Virus record (IMG/VR): IMGVR_UViG_3300020042_008659
Span: 1 to 27,151 of that record
DNA: 27,151 nt
Reading direction: 5' to 3' (one strand)
Source of the DNA: a virus
Taxonomy: Duplodnaviria > Caudoviricetes
Shown: positions 18,934-26,682 of the stretch, piece after piece
Layout of the letters: each line of letters begins with the position of its first letter
Numbering within the stretch: position 1 is the first letter of the stretch
Made by a program: the position numbers and the translations under genes
Notes under the pieces: model-generated
The model's input: only the letters and a program-made list of their open reading frames with translations
Told to the model about the DNA's origin: nothing
Database searches by the model: none

Positions 18934-19541
18934 AAAAATTAATATTACTTTTTGTTTTGTTTTGTGGCACAATTTCGGGACAAACCACTTACAATGATGT
19001 TTCGAATTTAATAAATTCGAATTTAGCCTCTGGAATAAAAATACAGGCAAACAAGCATCGTGAAGTAGAGCATGCCTTGTTGAATTTTGCCAATCAAAAT
19101 AGTTCTCAGCAATTTGACATAAAAGCAATTTACGTAAATTCAACCTATTTAGGTGAAAATTTCGAAGCGAACGGATTAGGAAAAAATTTGCGTGCAGGCT
19201 GGGCGATTTGTAACGGAAATAATGGAACTCCAAACATGGGAGGACGTTCAATAGTAGCTTATGGTGGAGATTTTACCACCCTTAACGCTATTGGAGGTTC
19301 TAAAGACGCTATTTTGGTAGCTCACGATCATAAAGCGGTTTCGTCAGTTAATCCAAGTGGGGAATTTTCTTCTACAAATAAGCGTTTGGCAGCGTACAGA
19401 ATTAACGGAGGAAACACAGAATATGGCTTACAAGGCACAGCAACAGTGCCAAATACAGGAGTAACTACCGCAGAAGGTGAATCTGGAGCAAACAAAAACA
19501 TGCATCCGTACATTGTACTAGTATATATAATGAAATTATGA
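18930..19541 (+). CDS. tail-collar domain protein with N-terminal signal-peptide-like segment
   Basis: GWAICNGNNGTPNMGGR and NKNMHPYIVLVYIMK motifs; N-terminus MKKLILLFVLFCGTISGQ. Confidence 0.75.
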   Translation: MKKLILLFVLFCGTISGQTTYNDVSNLINSNLASGIKIQANKHREVEHALLNFANQNSSQQFDIKAIYVNSTYLGENFEANGLGKNLRAGWAICNGNNGTPNMGGRSIVAYGGDFTTLNAIGGSKDAILVAHDHKAVSSVNPSGEFSSTNKRLAAYRINGGNTEYGLQGTATVPNTGVTTAEGESGANKNMHPYIVLVYIMKL

Positions 19542-22489
19542 GTAACAGTTTAATAATAACAAAACAGCCAAGCGGAGTATTTTCGCTACAGTTAAACGGA
19601 GAAGATGTAGTTAGAAGTGAGCAAAACAGACTTACAATGGTAGGTAACTACTGCCATTTTAAAACCGCAAACGGGGCAAATGTAGTAAAAGAGCAGATGC
19701 TGCTGTTTTCAGAAATCACTTTGATTACAACTATCACGGAAACGTTCACAAGTATAGATCAGTTATGGCAAAGGCTTATTGATGTTGGTTTCTTTGGCAC
19801 TCTTGGCAGCGGTGGCGGTGGCGGAGGTGCTGATAAGTTTACCGAGCTAACCGATACTTTTCCTAGTTATCTAGGGCGTGACAATCAAGCATTAATCATA
19901 AACGAAAGCCAACAACGAATAGAGAGTGTGCCTTTTTATAATGTTCAGAACTTCACCCAGCTAGCAGACACTCCAAGTACGTTGTTGGCGAATAAAATGA
20001 TTACAACTAATGACAGCGGCACGGCTCTTGTCATGTCTGACATTCCTTCACTACCAGAGCCATCTTTAGCAAGTGTTGGTACATTCGATTATGCGGATTT
20101 AGCTACGCAAACAACACCTTTGTCGTTTGTAACTAATGTGCCAAAGAAACTAACAAACGACGGATTAGGAGCAACAAGCAACAGTGCCTTTCCTCCATAT
20201 GGCGTTACGTCGCTTTGGAATTCTATCGATAACTCTTGCGGCTTTTCTCAACTGAGCAATGGAGACGACACAGGCATAAGAATAGATATAACAGTGACTA
20301 CTACATCGGCAAACCAGATAGTGAGAGGTTATTTAAAGCTAGGCGTAGGCACGGCTTCTGAGTATGATTTACAATTTTTTTCTGAAAATATAAAGACAGC
20401 AGGAACAAATAACTTAACTTTTTTCACAAAAGTGTACATTGGCTCGGATGAAATCAGGAATGCACCTGCTGATTTCTATTTAGTCAGCGACGGCAATGGA
20501 AGTGTAAAAATAAACGGCTGGTACTTTTCAGTTACAAGAAGAAGCGTCAATATAGTTTCAGTAGAAAATTCAGGCACTACTTGGGGCAGTATAACGGGGA
20601 GTTTATCAAGCCAAACTGACTTACAAAGCTCACTAAACAGCATAGAAGACCTTGCTAAAAGCAAATTAAACGAGCTATATGAGATCAATGGCTATGTTGC
20701 TCAAAATGCACCGACGTCATTATCTAGCACTAGTTACGAGAGTTTTCCTCTGATGGTTAGAGGACAATCTAATAAGATATTTCTTTTTTATCGACAGGGT
20801 GCGGATCACGCTACGAGCAAAGGCGTAATTAGAATGCGCACTTCAAACGATGGTGGTGGCACGTGGTCGTCTGATGGCATCATTGCTTCTGACACTATCT
20901 ATGATTGCAGGAATGTAAGCGGTGGCGTTACTCCAACAGGTAGAATAGTGTTATTTTACATGCGCTACAATTTTACAGCATCTACTAGTTTCGACCAAGG
21001 TTTTATTTACTCGGACGATGACGGTAGCACATGGAGTAATTACCAAACCATACCAAGCGGCACGCATACTTTTTTTAGCCCATACGGAGAAATGATTTCT
21101 ATAGGAAATAATAAGCTAATGTTGTGCTGGTATGGTGAGACTCCAGCAACACCCACTTACAGCACTTACATAATAACATCTTCAGATAACGGCTTAACTT
21201 GGTCAAGTGCTATAGCCGTACTTACTTCAACATCACTAAGATATGGTGAGTCGTCATATGCTTACCTAGATGGTGGTATTATTGTTGGACACGTTAGAAA
21301 TTCGACGGGCAGTCCACTTTATCAGGTAATTTCAACTAATAACGGTGCGACATGGACAAATCAAGGAGTTACAACTGTTGATACCGCAGCGCAAGTTTCG
21401 CCAATGTTGGCAACATTTATAGATCCAAATAATCAGAAGTACATAGCCTCGTTCTACGCCAATAGAGGCGATAACAAGTTGAAGGTGTCAATAGCCGAAT
21501 ACGCTACAGCGGTAGCTGGTGTAAGTGGGTGGACAAGAACAGATATTGATAGTCATACATGGACTGATTTTGGTTACCCGACAGTAGTAAAAAGTAGAGA
21601 AAACAATAAGTTTCTGATTGCGTATTATAAAGCTGCATCGACCACTTTAGCGAGTATATATTTCAAGAATTATACTCCAAATTACGGGAGTATTGCCGTA
21701 ACTGGCACTATTTCCGCAAGTGGAAATATCAGTAGTTCCGCTAATGTATCAGCCGTTGCAGATATTTCTGGAAAGGATTTAAAAAGCTCGAATACATTGC
21801 AGATAAAAGGCGTAGTAACGGTTTTCCCAACTGCTGGAAACGGGCTAGAGGCTTACAATTCAACGGCTACCGCATCGATAATACAAGCGTATAACAGGAC
21901 AACATCTGTATTTAACGGCTTGAATTTTAGAGGCTCGATATTGCAATTCTTCATTGATGCCACTGAGGCGATGAGAATACACGCTTCAAGGGGTGTTAGT
22001 ATCGGAAATGCTACTGATTTAGGCGCAGGAACCTTAAATGTTGCGGGAAACATCACAACAATAGCGGGTACTACAGCAAATCATGCGGTGATTAAGTCGC
22101 AACTGGATGCGGTGGCTAGTTCAGCCACCAGTGCAAGCTACACACCTACGCTGACGGCTAATGGAAATATAACATCTTTAGCGTTGCAATCAGCTACATG
22201 GACGAAGATTGGCAATATAGTTACGTGTCAAATTATAGCGACAGGCTCATTAACAGCCTCTCCGGCAAACACCTCGTATATAGCCACTTTACCTTTTACC
22301 AGACTTGCAGCTTTAAAAACCGTCGGGGTTTCTAGCTTGATTGACAATAGCAGCACTCCTACTGGAAGCGGTATAGGAATTACGCAAGCAAACGCCACGC
22401 AAGCAATATTCAACGTAAACTATGGAGGCAGCACAACAGGCACAGGACGAACATTTATCATGAATTTTACTTACGATGTAACTCAATAA
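19538..22489 (+). CDS. tail fibre/receptor-binding protein with BNR/Asp-box (sialidase-like) propeller
   Basis: Four Asp-boxes SNDGGGTW, SDDDGSTW, SSDNGLTW, STNNGATW; poly-Gly hinge; WGSITGSLSSQTDL fibre motif. Confidence 0.8.
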   Translation: MSNSLIITKQPSGVFSLQLNGEDVVRSEQNRLTMVGNYCHFKTANGANVVKEQMLLFSEITLITTITETFTSIDQLWQRLIDVGFFGTLGSGGGGGGADKFTELTDTFPSYLGRDNQALIINESQQRIESVPFYNVQNFTQLADTPSTLLANKMITTNDSGTALVMSDIPSLPEPSLASVGTFDYADLATQTTPLSFVTNVPKKLTNDGLGATSNSAFPPYGVTSLWNSIDNSCGFSQLSNGDDTGIRIDITVTTTSANQIVRGYLKLGVGTASEYDLQFFSENIKTAGTNNLTFFTKVYIGSDEIRNAPADFYLVSDGNGSVKINGWYFSVTRRSVNIVSVENSGTTWGSITGSLSSQTDLQSSLNSIEDLAKSKLNELYEINGYVAQNAPTSLSSTSYESFPLMVRGQSNKIFLFYRQGADHATSKGVIRMRTSNDGGGTWSSDGIIASDTIYDCRNVSGGVTPTGRIVLFYMRYNFTASTSFDQGFIYSDDDGSTWSNYQTIPSGTHTFFSPYGEMISIGNNKLMLCWYGETPATPTYSTYIITSSDNGLTWSSAIAVLTSTSLRYGESSYAYLDGGIIVGHVRNSTGSPLYQVISTNNGATWTNQGVTTVDTAAQVSPMLATFIDPNNQKYIASFYANRGDNKLKVSIAEYATAVAGVSGWTRTDIDSHTWTDFGYPTVVKSRENNKFLIAYYKAASTTLASIYFKNYTPNYGSIAVTGTISASGNISSSANVSAVADISGKDLKSSNTLQIKGVVTVFPTAGNGLEAYNSTATASIIQAYNRTTSVFNGLNFRGSILQFFIDATEAMRIHASRGVSIGNATDLGAGTLNVAGNITTIAGTTANHAVIKSQLDAVASSATSASYTPTLTANGNITSLALQSATWTKIGNIVTCQIIATGSLTASPANTSYIATLPFTRLAALKTVGVSSLIDNSSTPTGSGIGITQANATQAIFNVNYGGSTTGTGRTFIMNFTYDVTQ

Positions 22490-22504
22490 AAACTAAATAA
22501 CAAC

Positions 22505-22759
22505 ATGAAAACAAGTAAATTTGGATTACTAGACTGGAAAGACTTAGGAAAGGGTATTTTAGTGGCTATATTGGCTTATTTAGCCAATTGGGCGCAAAAT
22601 ACTTTCATACCTAGCTTAAATGTTTCTTCCGAAGTAAAGGTGATGCTAATAACTGGTATCGCTTATTTGATTAAAAACTGGCTCACTCCACAAAATGAGG
22701 TAACTCAGATTCAAGGTTTAGGAGGCACAAACCCCCCGACAAAAAAAGATGAAAAGTAG
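22505..22759 (+). CDS. putative holin (2 TM)
   Basis: 84 aa, two hydrophobic helices, charged C-terminus, head of the lysis cluster. Confidence 0.6.
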   Translation: MKTSKFGLLDWKDLGKGILVAILAYLANWAQNTFIPSLNVSSEVKVMLITGIAYLIKNWLTPQNEVTQIQGLGGTNPPTKKDEK

Positions 22760-23093
22760 GCATTGGTTATTAATATCGCTTTTATTCATTTCTGAAATAA
22801 AGGCGATATTTTACAACAGCGATACTAGGTACTACTGGTTAGTAGACCCCAAACACTCGAGATTATTGTGTAATATTTTAAAGGACATATCAACGTCAAT
22901 AATAATTATTGTTCTTTGCTTTTACGCTTTAAAAGGCGCAAAGGATAGTTTGCTTAGATTTATTATTTCATGCCTAATAACCCTCTCGTTTCTCGACCTT
23001 ATACACCTCGCAATAAATGACATGCAAGGTTTTGTTTTACTTAAAATTGCTCTTTCAATTGGAATCACTAAAATTATTCGCCAATACTGCTAA
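22749..23093 (+). CDS. multi-TM membrane protein
   Basis: 114 aa with 3-4 hydrophobic segments. Confidence 0.6.
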   Translation: MKSRHWLLISLLFISEIKAIFYNSDTRYYWLVDPKHSRLLCNILKDISTSIIIIVLCFYALKGAKDSLLRFIISCLITLSFLDLIHLAINDMQGFVLLKIALSIGITKIIRQYC

Positions 23094-23400
23094 TTTCTAC
23101 CTATATTGTCTGTACGGCTATAACCTAATAGACATAACTAAAAAAGTAGTAGACGGTTTCTTTAATGTGTCAGATGCTACATCATTTGCTCAGTTAGTGT
23201 TATTGGTTTTAGGTGTTATAATGATGGCGGTGAAAGTTCAGCATTCTTATAGCAACTGGAAGCTAGACAGGCAAATAAAAGCCGAAAATTTGAAGAAATT
23301 AGTAAATCAAAACAAAGAATTTAATCTTAATGTTGAGGTAGCAGAACGGCTAATGAAAGGCGCAAAAGAAGACAAAATTAAAATTAAACCCAATGGATAA
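23017..23400 (+). CDS. membrane protein with C-terminal coiled coil (holin-like); real start may be TTG 23059
   Basis: TM LVLLVLGVIMMAV then charged helix; overlaps the endolysin start. Confidence 0.55.
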   Translation: MTCKVLFYLKLLFQLESLKLFANTANFYLYCLYGYNLIDITKKVVDGFFNVSDATSFAQLVLLVLGVIMMAVKVQHSYSNWKLDRQIKAENLKKLVNQNKEFNLNVEVAERLMKGAKEDKIKIKPNG

Positions 23401-23869
23401 AATAACAATAGACAGGATCAAAACAGCACACCCAAGTATAAGGGAAATGCTGTTAAAACAATATCAAGAAATCAACTCATTGCTTCCAAAAGGCGTAAGG
23501 CTTAGATTTGCTTATGTTTACAGATCAATAGCCGAGCAAGACGCTTTATTTAAGCAACGACCAAAGGTAACTAACGCAAAAGGAGGTCAAAGCATTCATA
23601 ACTATGGATTAGCTTTCGACATCGTTTTGCTTTATGATAAAGACGGAAACGAAACGTTCGAAACAGCATCTTGGGAGCAAAATAAACACTGGATGCAAGT
23701 TGTAAACTATTTTAAATCAAAAGGATGGGAATGGGGCGGTGATTGGGCTAAATTCAAAGACGCTCCACATTTTCAGCTAAAGAAAAAAGACGGTAGCAGC
23801 TACAAGTGGCAGGAACTTATTAAAATGCCTACTATTATTGATAACGGCTTAAAATATCCAAAATTATGA
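23393..23869 (+). CDS. endolysin, M15 family zinc peptidase (L-Ala-D-Glu peptidase type)
   Basis: YRSIAEQDAL, TNAKGGQSIHNYGLAFD (SxHxxGxAxD), WGGDW..FKDAPHFQ. Confidence 0.92.
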   Translation: MDKITIDRIKTAHPSIREMLLKQYQEINSLLPKGVRLRFAYVYRSIAEQDALFKQRPKVTNAKGGQSIHNYGLAFDIVLLYDKDGNETFETASWEQNKHWMQVVNYFKSKGWEWGGDWAKFKDAPHFQLKKKDGSSYKWQELIKMPTIIDNGLKYPKL

Positions 23870-24006
23870 AAACTAAAAAACCTTTTTTTGAAACAACAGT
23901 AGGCAAAATTTTAAAAATAGTAGCTAGTGCCGTTATAAGAAATCAAAAAGGCATTAAGAACACGCCTAATGCCACTAAAGTTGATAAGGTTATTGATAGT
24001 CTATAG
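23866..24006 (+). CDS. 46 aa cationic amphipathic peptide
   Basis: Read manually: MKTKKPFFETTVGKILKIVASAVIRNQKGIKNTPNATKVDKVIDSL; ATGA overlap with the endolysin stop. Confidence 0.6.
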   Translation: MKTKKPFFETTVGKILKIVASAVIRNQKGIKNTPNATKVDKVIDSL

Positions 24007-24223
24007 TTCCAATAAGCAAATCCCATTCAAAAAATTTTATCGCTTGGCTAATTGCTATTTCCTTGGTATTATAAAACCAAGGATTATTGCTCATTCCACT
24101 AACTGAAATTAAATGCGTCCAATATTTTCTTTTAAAAAATAAGACGCATTTTTCTTTTTGAATTTCAACTACCCAACCTTTCGGATATTCTTTTACTCTA
24201 ACTTTTAAGTTTTCTAAGTGCAT
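23990..24223 (-). CDS. hypothetical protein (77 aa, MHLENLKVRV...)
   Basis: Start moved to ATG 24223 with A-rich leader. Confidence 0.65.
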   Translation of the reverse strand: MHLENLKVRVKEYPKGWVVEIQKEKCVLFFKRKYWTHLISVSGMSNNPWFYNTKEIAISQAIKFFEWDLLIGTIDYQ

Positions 24224-24240
24224 AACTATTTTTTTTATAA

Positions 24241-24423
24241 TTAAAAAGGACATTCGTTTTTTGGTTTAGGAATCAAATCATTATAATCTCTTTTTATTTT
24301 TTCGGCTATTGCTTCTCTGATAAAATTACCAACATCAACGTTGTAAGATTTCATCTTCTGCAGCGTTTTTAGCTGTGTCTCAGAAATACGTATAACCTTT
24401 GTTTTTATTAGTAGTTTACTCAT
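24241..24423 (-). CDS. small ribbon-helix-helix-like DNA-binding protein (60 aa)
   Basis: TKVIRISETQLKTLQKM...VGNFIREAIAEKI fits the strand-helix-helix pattern. Confidence 0.6.
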   Translation of the reverse strand: MSKLLIKTKVIRISETQLKTLQKMKSYNVDVGNFIREAIAEKIKRDYNDLIPKPKNECPF

Positions 24424-24455
24424 TTTGTAATACATTTATAGCGAGTAGCCAGTAG

Positions 24456-24662
24456 TTAGGGAACAGCTTGTATAGGAACGTCCAAAAGACCTCGAAATTC
24501 AATATTTCCACAATTTGGACAACAATAATGACTTCCCCATCCGTCTTTATCTTTTTTTAGTTCTTGTTGTTCCAAAGTACCTTCCCATTTACATTTTTGT
24601 TTAGTGCATTGGTATGCTTTTGGCTTTTCACCCCATTTTGTAAATTTTCTTTTTTGTGCCAT
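24456..24662 (-). CDS. zinc-ribbon protein (68 aa), gene of cassette B
   Basis: CTKQKC...CCPNC; start at ATG 24662; stop lies within the core site. Confidence 0.7.
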   Translation of the reverse strand: MAQKRKFTKWGEKPKAYQCTKQKCKWEGTLEQQELKKDKDGWGSHYCCPNCGNIEFRGLLDVPIQAVP

Positions 24663-24686
24663 TTTGTTTGTCTTTAAAAAATCCGA

Positions 24687-24823
24687 TTCCCTAACAATGC
24701 ATAACACTAATTACGGCATCGGTATTGAATTTATAGTTTAGTTTTGTATCAGTGATACGGTTTTTAATCTGGATGTTTCGGCTTACTTATTCCGTAACTA
24801 GAGTTATGCTCAACATTATCACT
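24687..24823. repeat. attC-like imperfect palindrome (137 bp)
   Basis: TTCCCTAAC, arm 24699-24716, central GTATC-AGT-GATAC, arm 24792-24809 (16/18 complementary), ATTATCACT. Confidence 0.7.
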
Positions 24824-25025
24824 CAGATTGGGAAATGCTTACTGAATTGTAATGTATATTTTCAAGAAGTCTTATACATTCTTGATTAGAAAGAGCTATC
24901 TTTTCGATATAATCTCTTACAAATTCAATTTCTTCTTTATTTTCTAGTTTTTCTAAAATTTTACAAATAAGAAAGAAATCTTTTCCGCTACCTCTTTGAA
25001 TCCCTTTGTTTTTAAATTCGCTCAT
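24819..25025 (-). CDS. hypothetical protein (68 aa, MSEFKNKG...), gene of cassette A
   Basis: Start moved to ATG 25025; TGA TAA stops lie within the core site. Confidence 0.65.
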   Translation of the reverse strand: MSEFKNKGIQRGSGKDFFLICKILEKLENKEEIEFVRDYIEKIALSNQECIRLLENIHYNSVSISQSE

Positions 25026-25109
25026 AATTTTAGGTATTAAAAAGCCGAAGTGATAACAGCTACTACAACTAACTAGGGTATTTCGGCTTTGGTTATTGTT
25101 ATCTGAGTA

Positions 25110-25117
25110 CAAATATA
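25110..25117 (-). promoter_or_regulatory. -7 element TATATTTG driving the minus-strand island
   Basis: CAAATATA on the + strand upstream of all four minus-strand genes. Confidence 0.6.
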
Positions 25118-25192
25118 GATCTATTTTTGATATAAAAATGTTAATGTTTTGTTAAAATTAAAAATAAGTATTAAATTAATCAATCTATACGC

Positions 25193-25200
25193 TATCTTTG
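25193..25200 (+). promoter_or_regulatory. -7 element TATCTTTG driving the early operon
   Basis: Consensus match 26 nt before ATG 25227. Confidence 0.65.
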
Positions 25201-25226
25201 GTAAAAATTTAAAACAAGAAAAAATT

Positions 25227-25376
25227 ATGAAAAGAAACTATTTCACTATTCATCAGAATAAGAAGCCGAAAAAAATAAAATATTCTAAAATTTATAGCAA
25301 AGAACAGCAGGAAAAAATAAGAAAATTAAACGAGTTTTTGAGATTAGAAATAGAAAAATTAAAACAAATATTATGA
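25227..25376 (+). CDS. small basic hypothetical protein (49 aa)
   Basis: Start moved to ATG 25227; ATGA overlap with the next gene. Confidence 0.55.
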   Translation: MKRNYFTIHQNKKPKKIKYSKIYSKEQQEKIRKLNEFLRLEIEKLKQIL

Positions 25377-25678
25377 AAAGAATTTTATTAACGTTGTTGA
25401 AACTAATCAACAACTACACAAACCACCAAATTACGGCTAAAGAAGAAGCTGGACAGATTTTAAAGTATATGCTGTTAAAGAGCGATACTAAAAGAGTGAT
25501 TGAAGTTTACAAAGAGCTAAACGAAGCTATCGAGCAAGAAATGGATAACCGAGCTTTTGAGGCTTTAAGAACCGCTAAGTTGATTCAAAGCGAGTGGGGG
25601 GTAAAGAGCACCGTTAAAGACCCTGCTTTTGATAAACCAATTAATAATATAAAAGTGGTTTATGAAAGAGTTAATTAA
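25373..25678 (+). CDS. hypothetical protein
   Basis: 101 aa ORF in a packed operon. Confidence 0.7.
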   Translation: MKRILLTLLKLINNYTNHQITAKEEAGQILKYMLLKSDTKRVIEVYKELNEAIEQEMDNRAFEALRTAKLIQSEWGVKSTVKDPAFDKPINNIKVVYERVN

Positions 25679-25689
25679 AAAATGAGAGT

Positions 25690-25977
25690 ATGAAATTATT
25701 CAAAATAAAAATTAGATTTGTAAGTATCTATAAGTTTTGCAGGCATAGGACGAAATGGAGTGTTAGATTAAGATATCCGTTACGCTCTATAAAAAGAGAC
25801 TTGTATTCTTTTATCCCGTCTTATAAAAGGCTCTGGAATGGCTCTTTAATATATTTTGGAGTAAAACACATGTATATTGAAATTGACAAACGAAATATTA
25901 ATAATATTGAGGATTTTGTTGCTGAAATGAAATCACCTCGGAAAATCACTAAATGTGGCAAAGGTCATGCGTTATAA
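25690..25977 (+). CDS. hypothetical basic protein
   Basis: 95 aa ORF in a packed operon. Confidence 0.6.
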   Translation: MKLFKIKIRFVSIYKFCRHRTKWSVRLRYPLRSIKRDLYSFIPSYKRLWNGSLIYFGVKHMYIEIDKRNINNIEDFVAEMKSPRKITKCGKGHAL

Positions 25978-25992
25978 TTTAAAAATAGATAT

Positions 25993-26409
25993 ATGAAAGC
26001 AGCACAATTAAGACTAGGAAATTTGGTAAAATATGGCGAAAATATTGTGCCAATAAAATCAATACATACAGAAAGTGTATTGAAAAATGAAGTAACGGTA
26101 AATGTGGAGTTAAATGAGAAAATACGAAACCTTTGCGTGTATATTTATGAAATTGAACCAATACCATTAACAGAGGATTGGTTGGTAAAACTAGGATTCA
26201 GGAAAAATCAAAATTCCGAAAAATATTTTTTACCTATCCAGAATATAAAGTGTGAGATTCACGCTGAAAGATTTAGAGGTGTGATTGTTCTTGAAATACA
26301 CAATCACGTAATGCCTATAATTCCTGAAACGGAATCATCAGTTCACGGACTACAAAATTTATACTTCGCTCTTACAGGAAAAGAAATTAATTACAAACAA
26401 ACAATATGA
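25993..26409 (+). CDS. hypothetical phage protein (LRLGNLV...IEPIPLTEDWLVKLGF...VHGLQNLYFALTGKE)
   Basis: 138 aa; motif pattern I associate with Bacteroidota phage accessory proteins, function unknown. Confidence 0.75.
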   Translation: MKAAQLRLGNLVKYGENIVPIKSIHTESVLKNEVTVNVELNEKIRNLCVYIYEIEPIPLTEDWLVKLGFRKNQNSEKYFLPIQNIKCEIHAERFRGVIVLEIHNHVMPIIPETESSVHGLQNLYFALTGKEINYKQTI

Positions 26410-26675
26410 GAAAACAAATTATTGAAATCTTCGAAAAAAAAATAGAAGATAAAACGTTAAAAACTGGAAACATCTGCCCGACCACTGTAAAAAACTGGAA
26501 GAAGAAAAATACTCGCATGTACATCGACAAAGTGGAGAAGGCGATGGAAGAAAACGAAATACCAGAGCCTTTTTTTTGGAACGGTACTTACGACGGGCTT
26601 CTTGAAATCAATGCAGAGTGCGCTAAAAAGCTAGGAAAAAACAGTTTAAAAATTGAAATAACCATTAATCAATAG
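26406..26675 (+). CDS. putative HTH DNA-binding protein (Cro/XRE-like)
   Basis: ICPTTVKNWKKK resembles a recognition helix; weak. Confidence 0.4.
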   Translation: MRKQIIEIFEKKIEDKTLKTGNICPTTVKNWKKKNTRMYIDKVEKAMEENEIPEPFFWNGTYDGLLEINAECAKKLGKNSLKIEITINQ

Positions 26676-26682
26676 AAAAAAA

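Larger units (their letters stand above)
24455..25057. mobile_element. putative integron-like two-cassette array
   Basis: Each gene bounded by its own inverted 9-mer core (GTTAGGGAA/TTCCCTAAC; ATTATCACT/AGTGATAAC); no integrase in window. Confidence 0.5.

Noticed and set aside
2012-22413. Minus-strand ORFs in the track lying inside long + strand genes (e.g. 2012-2233, 4981-5274, 11658-12354, 15848-16261, 18913-19251)
   Set aside because: Antisense shadows of well-supported structural genes, without plausible starts or motifs
23989-24226. Possible third cassette (GTTATTGA ... TGCATAAC around the 77 aa gene)
   Set aside because: Only 6/8 complementary, explained by stop and start codons, with no adjacent palindrome or shared leader
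25049-25104. Complete second attC (GATAACA ... TGTTATC)
   Set aside because: Ends can pair but there are no internal complementary arms; treated as a truncated or terminal site
25979-26167. 62 aa minus-strand ORF
   Set aside because: Almost entirely antisense to the better-supported 25993-26409 gene
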